The notes beneath the pieces are model-generated. The model was not told the origin of the DNA, ran no database searches, and saw nothing but the letters and a program-made list of their open reading frames with translations. 64,000 bases of DNA from Eledone cirrhosa. Taxonomy: Eukaryota. Made by a program: the position numbers and the translations under genes. The stretch spans positions 12,772,001-12,836,000 of the forward strand of contig OZ024743.1 in assembly GCA_964016885.1 (NCBI GenBank), written 5' to 3'. This document shows, one piece after another, positions 11,800 to 27,133 of the stretch (positions within the stretch are counted from its first letter, which is position 1; each line of letters opens with the position of its first letter).

Positions 11800-14700
11800 C
11801 ACATGCACGAGCGAACAAAGGACGCTATGACGTTCGTTCGGCATTATGGGCGCCCCGATTTATTCATCACGTTTACGTGTAACCCCAAATGGGTTGAGGT
11901 TTCGCGGGAACTTATCTCAGGGCAGCAGTACTGCCATCGGCATGATATTATTGCCAGGGTTTTCAGACAGAAGCTGGCTAAGCTAATTGATCTAATAAAA
12001 AAAAGGGAAGGTTTTCGGGCCTGTTAGGTGCCACATGTATACTGTTGAGTGGCAGAAGAGAGGGTTGCCACACGCGCACATTTTGGTTTGGTTGGTCACC
12101 AAAATAGACCCTACAGTTATAGATGACGTCATCGCAGCGGAAATACCGGACCCCGTTGTTGACCGGCAGCTGTACGACATTGTGAAGGCACACAAGATGC
12201 ACGGTCCGTGCGGTCCCGGTTTTCAAGAGTTCTCCTCATGCCACAAAGACCATGTGTGCACTAAACGATACCCAAAGAGGTTTGTTGAGGAGACCCAGAC
12301 CGGCGGCGACGGATACCCACTGTACAGACGAATGCGACTTGAGAACGGTGGATTCACTATGACGTTACGGGGTCATCATGTTTATAATAGGTGGGTGGTC
12401 CCGTACTGTCCATTTCTGATGAAAACTTTCAACGCTCATATAAATGTGGAGTTCTGTCATTCAGTGAAGTCGATAAAGTACATATGTAAATATGTTAACA
12501 ATGGTTCCAACACTGCCATGTTCGGCCTTCAAAACGACAATAGCAGGGACGAGGTCTCGGAGTACTTGGGAGGTCGATATATCAGCAGTGGTGAAGCTTT
12601 TTGGCGGATATTCGGGTTTCCACTTCACCAAGGGCACCCCGCCACCATACAACTAGCGGTTCATTTGGAAAACGGCCAGCGGGCTTACTTTACTGAACAG
12701 ACTGCTGCTCATTTGGCGGCCAATCCAAAAGAAAAAACTTTGACTGTTTTTTTTTACGCTTTGCCAACTTGACACATTTGCAAAAACACTTTCATATCAT
12801 CAGGTCCCGTCCTACTACGTGTGGTCAAACAACACTTGGGTGCGTAGGAAGTCAGGTCAGGATGTGTGAAGGACATCCTGGTGTCAAGTTTGACAGTTGT
12901 CTAGGGAGAGTGTACACTGTACCTCCCAACCTGCATGAGACAAGAACTGTTCGAGACATAAGAACTGTTGACGGTGAATTATGTGATACTTTCCGGGAAG
13001 CCTGCTTTAGGCGAGGCCTTTTGGAGAATGATTCACAATGGGGCGCCACTATGGCAGAGGGCGTTTTGTTGAAATACCCTAAAGGACTAAGATCGCTTTT
13101 TGCTATTCTACTCCTATGGTGCGACTTGGGTGATCCGGCCTCTTTATGGCTTAGCTACAAAGATTACATGTCTGAAGATTTCCTGCGTCACGCTCAGTTG
13201 CTAAACCCATCGATGGAGGTCGGGTAGAGTGACCTCATTTACAACAGGGCGTTGCTTGAAATCGAAGATACTGTTCTCGATATGGTCGGTAGTGCGTTGG
13301 CGGTGTGTGGCCTACCTTCAACAAACCGGGAAGGCGCAAACACTCTGTCTTCGGATTTGCTGCGTGAGGAGACATCTTATAATGTTGACGAGCTTGCCCA
13401 GTACATAGCGGAGAATGAGCCAAAGCTCCTTCCAGAATAGAAATTCGCTTACAACTCCGTTGTTAATTCTGTCCGGGGCAAAGCTGGCGGGATTTTTTTC
13501 CTGGACGCTCCTGGGGGGACTGGGAAAACTTTTGTCACCAAATTAATATTAGCTGAGATTAGGCGAACTGAAGGCATTGCCTTAGCTGTGGCATCAGCTG
13601 GAATTGCGGCTACTTTGTTGCCGGGCGGCAGGACAGCTCACTCCTATTTCAAGCTCCCGCTTGACTTAGCGAAGACTGAGACACCCACTTGCAACATCAG
13701 TAAGAGATCCGATCAGGCAGAAGTTTTCAGGCGATGCAAGCTTATCGTTCGGGACGAATGCACGATGGCCACCAGAGGTGCTCTTGAGGCGCTAGATAGA
13801 ACTCTGAAAGACATCAAAGACTCTACGGCTCCCATGGGAGGCATAACACTTCTTCTTTCAGGGGACTTCAGGCAAACGCTTACCGTTATTTCCAAGGGGA
13901 CTAGAGCTAATGCAGTACGTGCGTGTCTTAAGTCATCCGCATTGTGGCCCCTGGTGAAGACTCTGAAACTTCACACTAACATGCGTGCTCATATGCGAGG
14001 TGGTATCGCATCAGCAGCATTTTCTCATACCCTCCTTGCACTTGGCGAAGGTAAAACGCCCGGGAATGAAAAGGGTAATATTGCCATCGACTCACTTTGT
14101 ACCGTTGTTAGTACGCCTTCTGATCCCAGGGATGCAGTGTTCCCCGATCTCCAAGCAAATTATCAGAATATTGATTGGCTTGCCCATAGGGATATTCTAG
14201 CCCTGAGGAATAAAACCGTTAACCATATTAATGATCAAATGCTAAAACTCATTCCTGGTGATTGCTACGTATAGAACTCCTGACCCCGAGGACGTCATCA
14301 ACCATCCAATAGAGGTACTAAATTCATTTGAGCCCCCCGGATTACCCCCACACATTTTGAAACTTAAAGTTGGTGCACCTATAATGCTCATTCGAAATTT
14401 GGTTCCGCCGAAACAATGCAATGGCACACGTTTGGTCGTTAAGTCCTTAGCACCCAATCTGATTGAGGCCACAATAATCACAGGGTGCAGTCGGGGCAAG
14501 GTTGTACTCATACCGAGGATGCATCTTTTCCCATCAGGAGCAGACCTACATTTCACATTTCGGAGGTCCCAGTTCCCGGTCAGGCCATGCTTCGCAATAT
14601 CAATTAACAAAGCGCAGGGGCAAACACTGTCTGTGGCGGGAATACATTTGGGGGAGCCGTGTTTCTCTCATGGTCAACTTTACGTTGGCTGCTCGCGTGT

Positions 14701-15597
14701 CGGCAGCAAGAGTGATGATTTCGCGTTCGTTCCGCAAGGAAAAACAAAAAAACATTGTGTACAAGGAGGTTTTATAGGATTACCTCGATTTCTAATTTTA
14801 TAACTTTTTTATTTTTTTTATTTTTTTCCTTTTCGTGAGTACTTTCTAAGTAGGTTAACCTTCACTGCAGTGCACTGGACACTCCCCACCATCGGCCGTA
14901 CAAAGGCTGATTCTCGCGGCATTACAAAGCTTCATTGCAACTCCGACCCTACCCAAATATCAGCTGTTGCTCCTCACCAACCCCCATTTGGTGGGCCCGG
15001 GAGGACCGTGGACAGGTTAGTATTTCACCTCCGTATGACCCTCAAAGGATGAACAATGCTTTAATGACGAGATTTACATTTTTAGGCGGTTCCCTGCAAT
15101 TACTTCACACTTCACCAAAATCTGGCCTCCGCTCAGCTCTATTTCCCTCCCTCCGTCGGCACAGCAGCAGGCTCATCTTCTACGTCCGACGTACATGATG
15201 CACTAACCATACAATGACCCCTCTTCATATTTTTTGGTTGTCATAATTCGACAATGTTTTCAGGCCCCTGTTTGCGGTTCTCTCATTCCACCCACCCCCC
15301 GTTAAAACATGTCATGCAGAACAACTCCATCGCAGCTCTGTTGTTCGGCTGGCATCGTCTACGCGCATGTTGCGCAAGTACTGTGAAACAATAAATTTCA
15401 ACACTTCTTTGCACAGAGATAATATCAATAGACGAAACTACAATTGTCACTGCTGGCGCAGCTCCTGCTTCGGCAATCCAGGTCTGCAATTCATTCAACC
15501 AGTGCATGGCAGACAAACAAGTGCTGCTATAAAATGGGTGGTGCAACCTAACTTTAGTAACTTACTGACCCCGAGCAACGCCGGGCTTTAATGCTAG
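11800..15597 (+). mobile_element. Helitron, 5'-truncated, with fragmented RepHel
   Basis: Rep motifs [33 protein letters not shown]; Pif1 helicase motifs FFLDAPGGTGKTF, DECTM, GDFRQ, AISINKAQGQT, HGQLYVGCSRV; 3' hairpin CCCGAGCAACGCCGGG then CTAG at 15594-15597 followed by T. Confidence 0.95.
11803..14777 (+). pseudogene. Helitron Rep/Pif1-helicase pseudogene
   Basis: ORFs at 11803, 12035, 12769, 13252, 13588, 14258 and the end of 14502-14777 (KNIVYKEVL) join across stops and frameshifts. Confidence 0.92.
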
Positions 15598-16687
<1,090 letters not shown>

Positions 16688-16775
16688 GTATAGGATTATC
16701 TTAGATGTAGAGGAAACATTTGTAAGCACACAGAATAAATTACATTTTTATGATGTCTACCTGTTATTATTCATT

Positions 16776-16823
<48 letters not shown>

Positions 16824-16827
<4 letters not shown>

Positions 16828-16902
16828 GGTGTTCCAAAAAATGTATACACACTTCAACAACATTTTATTAAATATTTGTATACATTGTTTTGGGACTCCC
16901 TT
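16824..16902. mobile_element. Tc1/mariner-type mini-MITE (related copies at about 25050-25100 and 54433-54514)
   Basis: TA-CAGGGTGTTCC terminus; the 54.4 kb copy ends GGAACACCCTG-TA; shared ACACACTTCAACA core. Confidence 0.6.
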
Positions 16903-17462
16903 TAATATATACGTATGTGTGTGTGTGTGTATAGACTGAGTGATTCACACGAAACGAATCGAAAGCCTTCAAGTCGTCACTTGACATATTAGAGATAACA
17001 GCCAGACTGTGATTTGATTCGAGCCGTATTTTCTGCAGAAAGGAAGGGCAAATTACAGAATGAAGTCATAGATGTATTATGTTTGAAAATAACACACCTT
17101 AATGTTACAGTGCTCTCACCACATAGTATGATGTAATATGTCTTTCCTGTGGCACATATTTACAATTGGTGAAATGGAACATTTGAGTATTAAAGGTCTT
17201 TCCTATAGATCTTATACAATAAAGATAAGTGTATGAATAATAATACATCCTGCTTTACTCACATATATAACCGTACTTATATATAAATATTGCTAACCTT
17301 TGTTCCTACATACATATATACATATGTATATATATATATATATAGCCATATATATAGCCATATGTATGCATACATACATTACACACACATACACACACAC
17401 ACACATATATATATGCATATATATATATATATAAATATATATATATACACATATATATATAG

Positions 17463-17565
<103 letters not shown>

Positions 17566-17701
17566 CATATATATATGTATACATATATTATATATATATA
17601 TATATATACATACATATACATATATATATATATATACATACATATACATATATATATATATATATACATACATATACATATATATATATATATATACATA
17701 C

Positions 17702-17740
<39 letters not shown>

Positions 17741-17794
17741 TTGAAAAAAAATGAAAACGAAATTTCATTTCTCACTCTTAGTATGGCACTTACT

Positions 17795-17852
17795 TAAATG
17801 TAAGTATGTATGTATACGTACATACATATATGTATACAGACGTACAGTAGCA

Positions 17853-17922
<70 letters not shown>

Positions 17923-18181
17923 CACATATGCATACAGGTACACATACATATATGCACGCATCAGTTTAGCCGACGTTTATTATAACGCAGCTTTGTTCGC
18001 TTGTTTGTCAACAAATCGAACAGCCTGAATTTATGCCATACGGTGTTAAGGCAACCACGTCACCTTTTTGTTCAACACTGACACAGGAACGATGTACTAG
18101 TTTCAAGCTTGTTAGCTATCATCAGCACCGTTTACCCATCTGATGCGTGCATATATGTATGTGTACCTGTATGCATATGTG

Positions 18182-18238
<57 letters not shown>

Positions 18239-18296
18239 TGCTACTGTACGTCTGTATACATATATGTATGTACGTATACATACATACTTACATTTA
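17795..18296. repeat. Inverted repeat (about 160-170-bp arms) around a 175-bp hammerhead-containing spacer
   Basis: 17795-17964 is the reverse complement of 18140-18296 apart from TA tract length. Confidence 0.85.
18088..18132 (-). ncRNA. Type I minimal hammerhead ribozyme
   Basis: AACGGTG-CTGATGA-TAGCT AACA AGCTT-GAAA-CTAG-TA-CATCGTT: 7-bp stem I, stem II AGCT/AGCT, palindromic stem III ACTAGT, GUA site. Confidence 0.85.
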
Positions 18297-18297
18297 T

Positions 18298-18351
<54 letters not shown>

Positions 18352-18370
18352 CATATACATATATATATAT

Positions 18371-18873
18371 ATATTGTTATACTTTGGGAGGGTCATGTTG
18401 CCAATAAGAAACACACGCACCAGTTGCTTTCACTTCAATTTATTATATATTTATAAATTTACAAATTTACAAATTTATAAATTTCTGGTTGGTTGGTTGG
18501 TTCCACAACCAGATAGTTGTTTATATATAGTCATAGTCCTTTCGTCACACACTCTGTGACCTATTCAGTGACTGGGGATTCCTTTCTTTGTTTCTGTGCC
18601 TTTCCTGGCAGAAACAAAATGGCGTAGGACAGAAGAAAGGAAAGGCACAGAAACAAAGAAAGGAATCCCCAGTCACTGAAGAGGTCACAGAGTGTGTGAC
18701 GAAAGGACTATGACTATATATAAACAACTATCTGGTTGTGGAACCAACCAACCAACCAGAAATTTATAAATTTGTAAATTTGTAAATTTATAAATATATA
18801 ATAAATTGAAGTGAAAGCAACTGGTGCGTGTGTTTCTTATTGGCAATATGACCCTCCCAAAGTATAACAATAT
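18371..18873. repeat. About 500-bp fold-back palindrome (Penelope-type inverted pLTR-like)
   Basis: Arms 18371-18606 and 18638-18873 are nearly perfect reverse complements; flanked by (TA)n. Confidence 0.92.
18671..18715 (+). ncRNA. Type I hammerhead ribozyme (mirror copy 18529-18573 on minus has a CTGAATA mutation)
   Basis: AGTCA-CTGAAGA-G GTCACA GAGTG TGTGAC-GAAA-GGAC-TA-TGACT; stem III is minimal. Confidence 0.7.
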
Positions 18874-18926
18874 CGGTTTCAACACACGATTTCAGATAAA
18901 GAATCTTGCTAAACAAATTCAGAAAC

Positions 18927-18972
<46 letters not shown>

Positions 18973-18983
18973 CATTTACATAT

Positions 18984-19577
18984 GGTGGCTGCCAACTCGT
19001 TTTCGAGTACGGCCACTACTTTATATCCATGTAGGAGAACCCCTACCGATGCGCTGAACGAGTGTGACTTTTTAGTCCAGCCAGCAACTTGAAAACTCTG
19101 GTACAAACACTACACTTGTGACAATTATTGACACATAGTGCTGGGCCCATGGTACCATGTGACGACAAGTGCAGAGAGATCTCCAGATATAAAGCAATGC
19201 CTGTGCTGTGAAGCTTTTATAGTGAGCAAAGGCACTGCACAAAGCCAGTCCCACTCTCTTAACCAAGATGATATTTACCAAAAAGAAGAACAAGTCAACA
19301 TCATTGGAAACCATCAGGGTTGCAGGTGTTATATCAGAGTTTTCCTTCTCCTAGAATTCTGCCTTGACAAAGGCTAAGGGGTCATTTCTCCCGTTGATTT
19401 TGGATGGCCATTGACTCTTAAGAGCTCCTTTGCCCTTTGACAGGTTTTGATTTTAGTCCTGCAGGATGTCCAAAGTCACCCTCCTCACCAAGAAACCTTG
19501 GTGGGGTTGCCAGTTTAGTCGCCAACGACCCGACCATGGGACAGGTTGTACTGGGATACATGTTACCAGTAGCACCA
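18984..19577 (-). mobile_element. RTE-related short/non-autonomous element
   Basis: Shares its 3' 218 bp with 10641-10858; no RT domain visible; (TA)n on both sides. Confidence 0.55.
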
Positions 19578-19740
19578 TATATATATATACATACATATAC
19601 ATATATATATATATGTAGGAGGTGAGTTTTATTGTAGTACAATAAAGCAATGCAGATATCGGATAAGAAGCACTCTACAGTTTGTAGGACTGGAGTATAC
19701 ATAATATATAAGAACAAAAGATGGTTAAATGAGTTCCATG

Positions 19741-19810
19741 TATTTTATTATGCGCATTTCAAAAACAAATATCATCATGCAACAATATTTGTGTTTTCAT
19801 CAGATAAAAC
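19741..19810 (-). ncRNA. Type I hammerhead ribozyme
   Basis: Reverse complement of 19921-19990 with one stem II difference. Confidence 0.8.
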
Positions 19811-19920
19811 AGGAAGACATGATATGAGGGTTAAAAAAACACTTGTGGATAGTTCAGTTTTAAATCAACAAAACTGCACTATCCACAAGTGTTTTTTTAA
19901 CCCTCATATCATGTCTTCCT

Positions 19921-19990
19921 GTTTTATCTGATGAAAACACAAATATTATTGCATGATGATATTTGTTTTTGAAATGCGCATAATAAAATA
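19921..19990 (+). ncRNA. Type I hammerhead ribozyme
   Basis: TTTTAT-CTGATGA-long stem II (AAACACAAATATTATT/GATGATATTTGTTTTT)-GAAA-TGCGCA-TA-ATAAAA; palindromic stem III ATGCGCAT, AUA site. Confidence 0.8.
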
Positions 19991-20113
19991 CATGGAACTC
20001 ATTTAACCATCTTTTGTTCTTATATATTATGTATACTCCAGTCCTACAAACTGTAGAGTGCTTCTTATCCAATATCTGCATTGCTTTATTGTACTATAAT
20101 AAAACTCACCTCC

Positions 20114-20203
<90 letters not shown>

Positions 20204-20284
20204 CATATATACATATATATATATACATACATATATATATATACATACATATATATATATACATACATATATATATATACATAC

Positions 20285-20325
<41 letters not shown>

Positions 20326-20534
20326 CATATATATATATACACACACACATATAAATATATATACATATATATTCGGTATACAAGGATGCAATTCACTTCT
20401 AGCACTAAACGCCATATTCCCAATGACAGGGGTGAGGGATTGAATGTATTGAGTATATTAATAAATATGGAAATGCGCATTTTCATCTTTATATACATAT
20501 ATATATATATATATATATAGTTTTAATATAGATG

Positions 20535-20585
20535 AGATTCTACAGGACTAGAACTGTTTCATTCATTAGAAATCATCAGGAATCT
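20535..20585 (-). ncRNA. Type I hammerhead ribozyme with a complete stem III
   Basis: AGATTC-CTGATGA-TTTC TAAT GAAT-GAAA-CAG TTCTAGTC CTG-TA-GAATCT; GUA site. Confidence 0.85.
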
Positions 20586-21160
20586 GGGTATCAAAAAATA
20601 AAAATGGTATTTATAGGTCTCTACAAGTGGTAGGAGAGGGTGGGGAGTGGGATGGGTGTAGGTCATTGGTTGATAGAAAAGGGAATTCATTAAAAGCTAA
20701 TTCTACAAAGCTATAGTTTATTTTTATTTATTTATGTTTTTAGAGTAACAAGGGCAGACAGAATTCTATAAACAGGTTCCGGATGGCATACCATTCCTTG
20801 TCATTAAGTTTCTCTTAAGCTAACAGATGTCTATAAGATCAGTGGGGGGTCAGTCATGGTCGATAGAATTAAAGAAAAGGGAGATTCTTTAAAAGCTAAA
20901 ATCATTAAGGTTCTACTAAGTGACAAAGGTTTAGAGAATTCTGTAGACAGATTCAAAATACTGAGTGCATATCTTACTATTATCTTCGAACTTCTCTTAA
21001 ACTAATCAACTATATGCCAAAAATCAACAGACACATTCGCAAAAAAACATACTCACTCACACACTCACGCGCAACCATAAACACACATACACATACACAT
21101 ATACACACATAAAAACACACACACATATATATAAATATATTTATATACATACATATACAT

Positions 21161-21265
<105 letters not shown>

Positions 21266-21290
21266 TATATATACATACACACACACATAC

Positions 21291-21321
<31 letters not shown>

Positions 21322-21513
21322 TATATATACACATATAAATACACTCACACACATACATACAAACACAAATATACATGTGTATACATATACACACAAATAC
21401 ACATAGATATATATACATATATATACAGATATATATATATATATATACATACATATATATATATATAAAACACATACACACACATATATACATATACACA
21501 CACATACACACGA

Positions 21514-21544
<31 letters not shown>

Positions 21545-21589
21545 CATATACATAAACAAATATATACATATACACACACACACATACAT

Positions 21590-21640
<51 letters not shown>

Positions 21641-21666
21641 TATACACATATATAAGGAAAAAGCAC

Positions 21667-21804
<138 letters not shown>

Positions 21805-21856
21805 TACACCATTCATACATATATTCATATATATATACATACGCACATATACACAC

Positions 21857-21933
<77 letters not shown>

Positions 21934-21970
21934 TATATTCATATATATATACATACGCACATATACACAC

Positions 21971-22049
<79 letters not shown>

Positions 22050-22136
22050 TATACATACACATATACACACACACATACACATACATACATATATACACAA
22101 ATACATACACACATATACACACACACACATATATAT

Positions 22137-23093
22137 ACTAGACATGAAAAATGCGCAAGCTCAAAAGTGCCACAGAATGTTATAATAAACCTTCAAAAGT
22201 GTGGGACTAGAGTTGTTGCTAAAAAATATTGTAATCATTATATATCGTACATTCTGTGGTATCCTTTATAAAAATAGCTTAAACCAACGAAGCCTTTATT
22301 TTTACGCTATTTCACTTAGTTAATTCTTAGAGTGTAACATATAAAAATATGATTTACAACTATAAAATAAATTAATTAATATAATAACAGAGCTGCGGAG
22401 CTGAAATTTAGGAAATAATGGAGTATCGGATCCTGAGTTGGAGCCAGTCAATTTTTGGCCGACTCCGCAGCCCTGTATAATACATTTCATATTAAAGTTA
22501 TTAATAAACCTATTTTACACTTCATGCAAATTACCACGAGATATTGATATTAGATATAAGATACAGCGCAATATCTACAGCTGTAAAAGTACGAAAGCGA
22601 AGTAATAATAAGTGGCTTAAGGTAATTCCAATATGAAAGTTTGTAGTGATAAAAATTTGATAATGCAATACGATTGTTAATATTATAGTTCTATGAAAAT
22701 GTAACAATAGATAACTAAATTATTTTACTATTAGTATATTTAAGAAATTATCATTATAGATTTGATCGTTCATATAAGCATCATATTAAGTTTCAACACA
22801 ATTATTTTGTTACTATGAGTATATGATAATAATATTACGTAATTATTTATAGCTGTTATTACATTAAACATATATGTATTTATTTTTATATGTTACACTC
22901 TAAGAATTAACTAAGTGAAATAGCGTAAAAATAAAGGCTTCGTTGGTTTAAGCTATTTTTATAAAGGATGCCACAGAATGTACGATATATAATGATTACA
23001 ATATTTTTTAGCAACAACTCTAGTCCCACACTTTTGAAGGTTTATTATAACATTCTGTGGCACTTTTGAGCTTGCGCATTTTTCATGTCTAGT
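22137..23093. mobile_element. Non-autonomous long-TIR element (about 210-bp arms)
   Basis: ACTAGACATGAAAAATGCGC... (22137-22349) is an almost perfect reverse complement of 22881-23093; AT-rich non-coding interior. Confidence 0.85.
22388..22475. mobile_element. Tiny hAT-type MITE nested in the long-TIR element
   Basis: CAGAGCTGCGGAG...CTCCGCAGCCCTG termini; 8-bp flanks TATAATAA / TATAATAC. Confidence 0.7.
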
Positions 23094-23684
23094 TTAATAT
23101 TTTTTTAAGGCAACGCTTGTAATAACTCTAGTTAAACAGGATATATATTAATAATAAATTATCGTTGTAATGTAATTAGATTATGTAATTGTTATTATAA
23201 ATTATCTTATAAATATTAGTGTAAGATGTATAAAAATATTTTCAGACTTTTAATATAAACAACTACAAAAAACAATCAATATTAAATCAATATATTATAC
23301 ATAATAGAAAACATAAAATATACAATACAAAAACAAAATATTTACATACAATTGCAATTATCAGTGTATATACATTTTCTTTATATTCCCTGAGCAAATT
23401 AATAAGATTTGTTTTTATTGTACATAATTTGATGACTTGTTGGAGTGTATTAAAAGATAGCAACAATTTGTGATTAAATTGTTATCTTAAGCAACTCACT
23501 TTTTAATAGTTGTTGGCTGAGCGAAATTGTAAAAGCCTATGAGCAAATATAAAAAAAAATACACAAACAACATTTCCTTGTGTTATTACAACATTAGATA
23601 AAATAATTGAGCAATGTCGTTATATTTTGCTCTTATTGCACATTAATAGTGTTTCTATTTTTCGGCACAAATCCATTACGGCAG

Positions 23685-23815
23685 TCCATTACTGGTACTT
23701 TATTTTATCGAATTAGTAAGTATGAAAGTCGAAGTTAACCTCGGCAGGATTTGAACTTAGAATGCAAAGGACCATAACAATACTGCAAAGCATGGTGTCT
23801 GACGCTCTACCAATA
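23685..23815 (-). mobile_element. Nin-domain SINE
   Basis: Reverse-complement core and B box. Confidence 0.75.
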
Positions 23816-24207
23816 CTTGTGTTGAGCTGGTCATTAATTTATGGTGGTCGTGCGTGGAGTAGAGCAATCGCTAGTTGAAATATTATGAACAAAACATTTT
23901 TATTTGCCGAAGAACATATTTTCAATACTGTTTGTGAATGTGACGAAGGAAATACATTCTGATATGGAACAGTGTACAAAGTGTGTCTGTGAATAACATA
24001 ATGTTACCTCATGTTGTTGTCAAGACATAATGGATTTCGTATATCCAGTTAGAAGATGAAACCTAGCCATCTCGGATTAGTTATATTTCATGCCATGTGT
24101 AAACGTGTTTGAGGATAGCAAAATATGCGCGTTAATTATAATAATTAGTTAATAATATTACAAAATATACCTAATTAAACTCTTTGCTTGAAATTTTATC
24201 ATTCTTC

Positions 24208-24255
<48 letters not shown>

Positions 24256-25681
24256 GGAGAGAGAGAGAGAGAGAGATTTATCTAGTCCTTCGCTCAAGAT
24301 TAATCTATAAGTTTAGATGTTTGCCTTCGTTTAAGTAAATATTACAGTAAGATTTTTAATATAAACAACTACAAAAAACAATTAATATTAAAACGAAAAA
24401 ATTATCAATGATAAAAGAAGCGGATGCAACTTTTTTTTTTATAAAGTTATATTCCTGTTTCTTTAAAGAACATTTCATTTTTGTTCTATTGTAGGCGAAA
24501 TAATGCAATGGTTTAATAGGGAAGATATAACTTACGAATTATGTCTCTAACCGTGTAAGGCTTTTTAAGTAGATAACTACAATTGAAAATACTAAAGAAA
24601 TGGAACCAACAATTCAATTTGAAAGTCGTCTAGTGACAGTGTATTACTGGTACTTTATTTTATCGACCCCGTAACGATGAAAGGCAAAAATGCAAATGCT
24701 TAAAATTTAAATTGCCTTAATTCTATCGTCTGCTGTTTCATTAAAGGGAGATTATCGTCTGTATTTAATTCTATCGTCTACTGTTCCACTAAACAGATAT
24801 ACCTCCACTATCGTCTCTATTTATACATTTTAACTTATAACTTATACACATTTGATTTGAAATATTTTATCTACTCCCCCCTCTCAATATTATGATGATT
24901 TCTTTCGAATGAAACAGTTCTAGTCCTGTAGAAGCCATTTATATATATAATTGAACTGAGTTAAAAATTCACAATATTTATAATTAAATAAGCTCATATA
25001 TATATGTGTGTATTTATCTGTTTATTGTATTATATATAATGTGTGTATATACAGGATGTCCCCCAAAAATATATACACACTTCAACAGCATTCTAATAAC
25101 TATTGCCTGTACAGGTAATCAAAGTGTCAATCGAATGTTAGTTTCGTGTTTTAACAGTACAAATTTACAATACACACATAAAACCAGTGTATATACATAC
25201 ATGAGTGTGTATACACATACATGAATGTGTATATACAATATATATGTATATATATATATAGACACATATATTCACGGTGCAACGGTACATTAAAATATAG
25301 ATGCGGGAGAGGGGGGTGTATATATAGGGGCGCTGGGGATAAAGGAGTGTAAAGCGTGTGTAATTGATATATTGAAGGAGAGGAGCGTGCAGCGATAGAG
25401 TAACAAATATATAGAGAGGGGGAGAGATGGTATTGAAGGGGAGGAGTGCAAAGCGAAAGAGTAAGAGATATATATAGAGACGGAACAGATAGAGAGAAAC
25501 AGGCGTAAGTAACAGTGGAAGAGATATAGAGAGAGGTACTCTGATTGGTTGAAAATTAGCCAATGACATACGATCACCACCACCACGGCTATCCCCGAAA
25601 AATTTTTAAAGAAGCTAGGCATATATGTTAGAACACGAAAAGTGAACATTCTGTTGTTTCACACTTTTCGTGTTCTAACAG

Positions 25682-25712
<31 letters not shown>

Positions 25713-25775
25713 TACATATATATATATACATAAATATATATATATATAAAAATATACACACATATACATACATAT

Positions 25776-25806
<31 letters not shown>

Positions 25807-25841
25807 CATATACATACAAACATACATACAAACATACATAT

Positions 25842-25892
<51 letters not shown>

Positions 25893-25925
25893 TACACACA
25901 CATACATATATATATATATACACAT

Positions 25926-25972
<47 letters not shown>

Positions 25973-26053
25973 CATACATATACACACACATATATACACA
26001 CACACACATATACACATATATACACACACACACACACATACACATGCATATGC

Positions 26054-26117
<64 letters not shown>

Positions 26118-26200
26118 ATATATATACAAATATACACATACATACACAGACCTATACATAAATATACACATATATACAGACATATAACGCATATATACAC

Positions 26201-26232
<32 letters not shown>

Positions 26233-26308
26233 GCATACACACACACACACACAAATATATATATACACTATCTCTCACGCACATATATATATATACACAT
26301 ATATATAC

Positions 26309-26375
<67 letters not shown>

Positions 26376-26384
26376 TACACACAT

Positions 26385-26495
<111 letters not shown>

Positions 26496-26701
26496 CATAT
26501 ACACATACATACATACATACATACATACACATACACATACATACACATATATACACATATATATACATATATATATATACATATATACATATATATACAT
26601 ACATAAATATACACACATAAAACACATATACACACAAACATATATATATATATACACACATACATATACACACATACATATACACACATACAAACAAATA
26701 T

Positions 26702-26737
<36 letters not shown>

Positions 26738-26747
26738 GTGTGTATAT

Positions 26748-26801
<54 letters not shown>

Positions 26802-26814
26802 ATATACACACACA

Positions 26815-27014
<200 letters not shown>

Positions 27015-27022
27015 TATATGTA

Positions 27023-27133
<111 letters not shown>

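Larger units (their letters stand above)
19615..20116. repeat. About 500-bp fold-back palindrome with an intact hammerhead core on each strand
   Basis: About 245-bp arms with few mismatches, loop near 19861-19869, (TA)n flanks. Confidence 0.93.
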
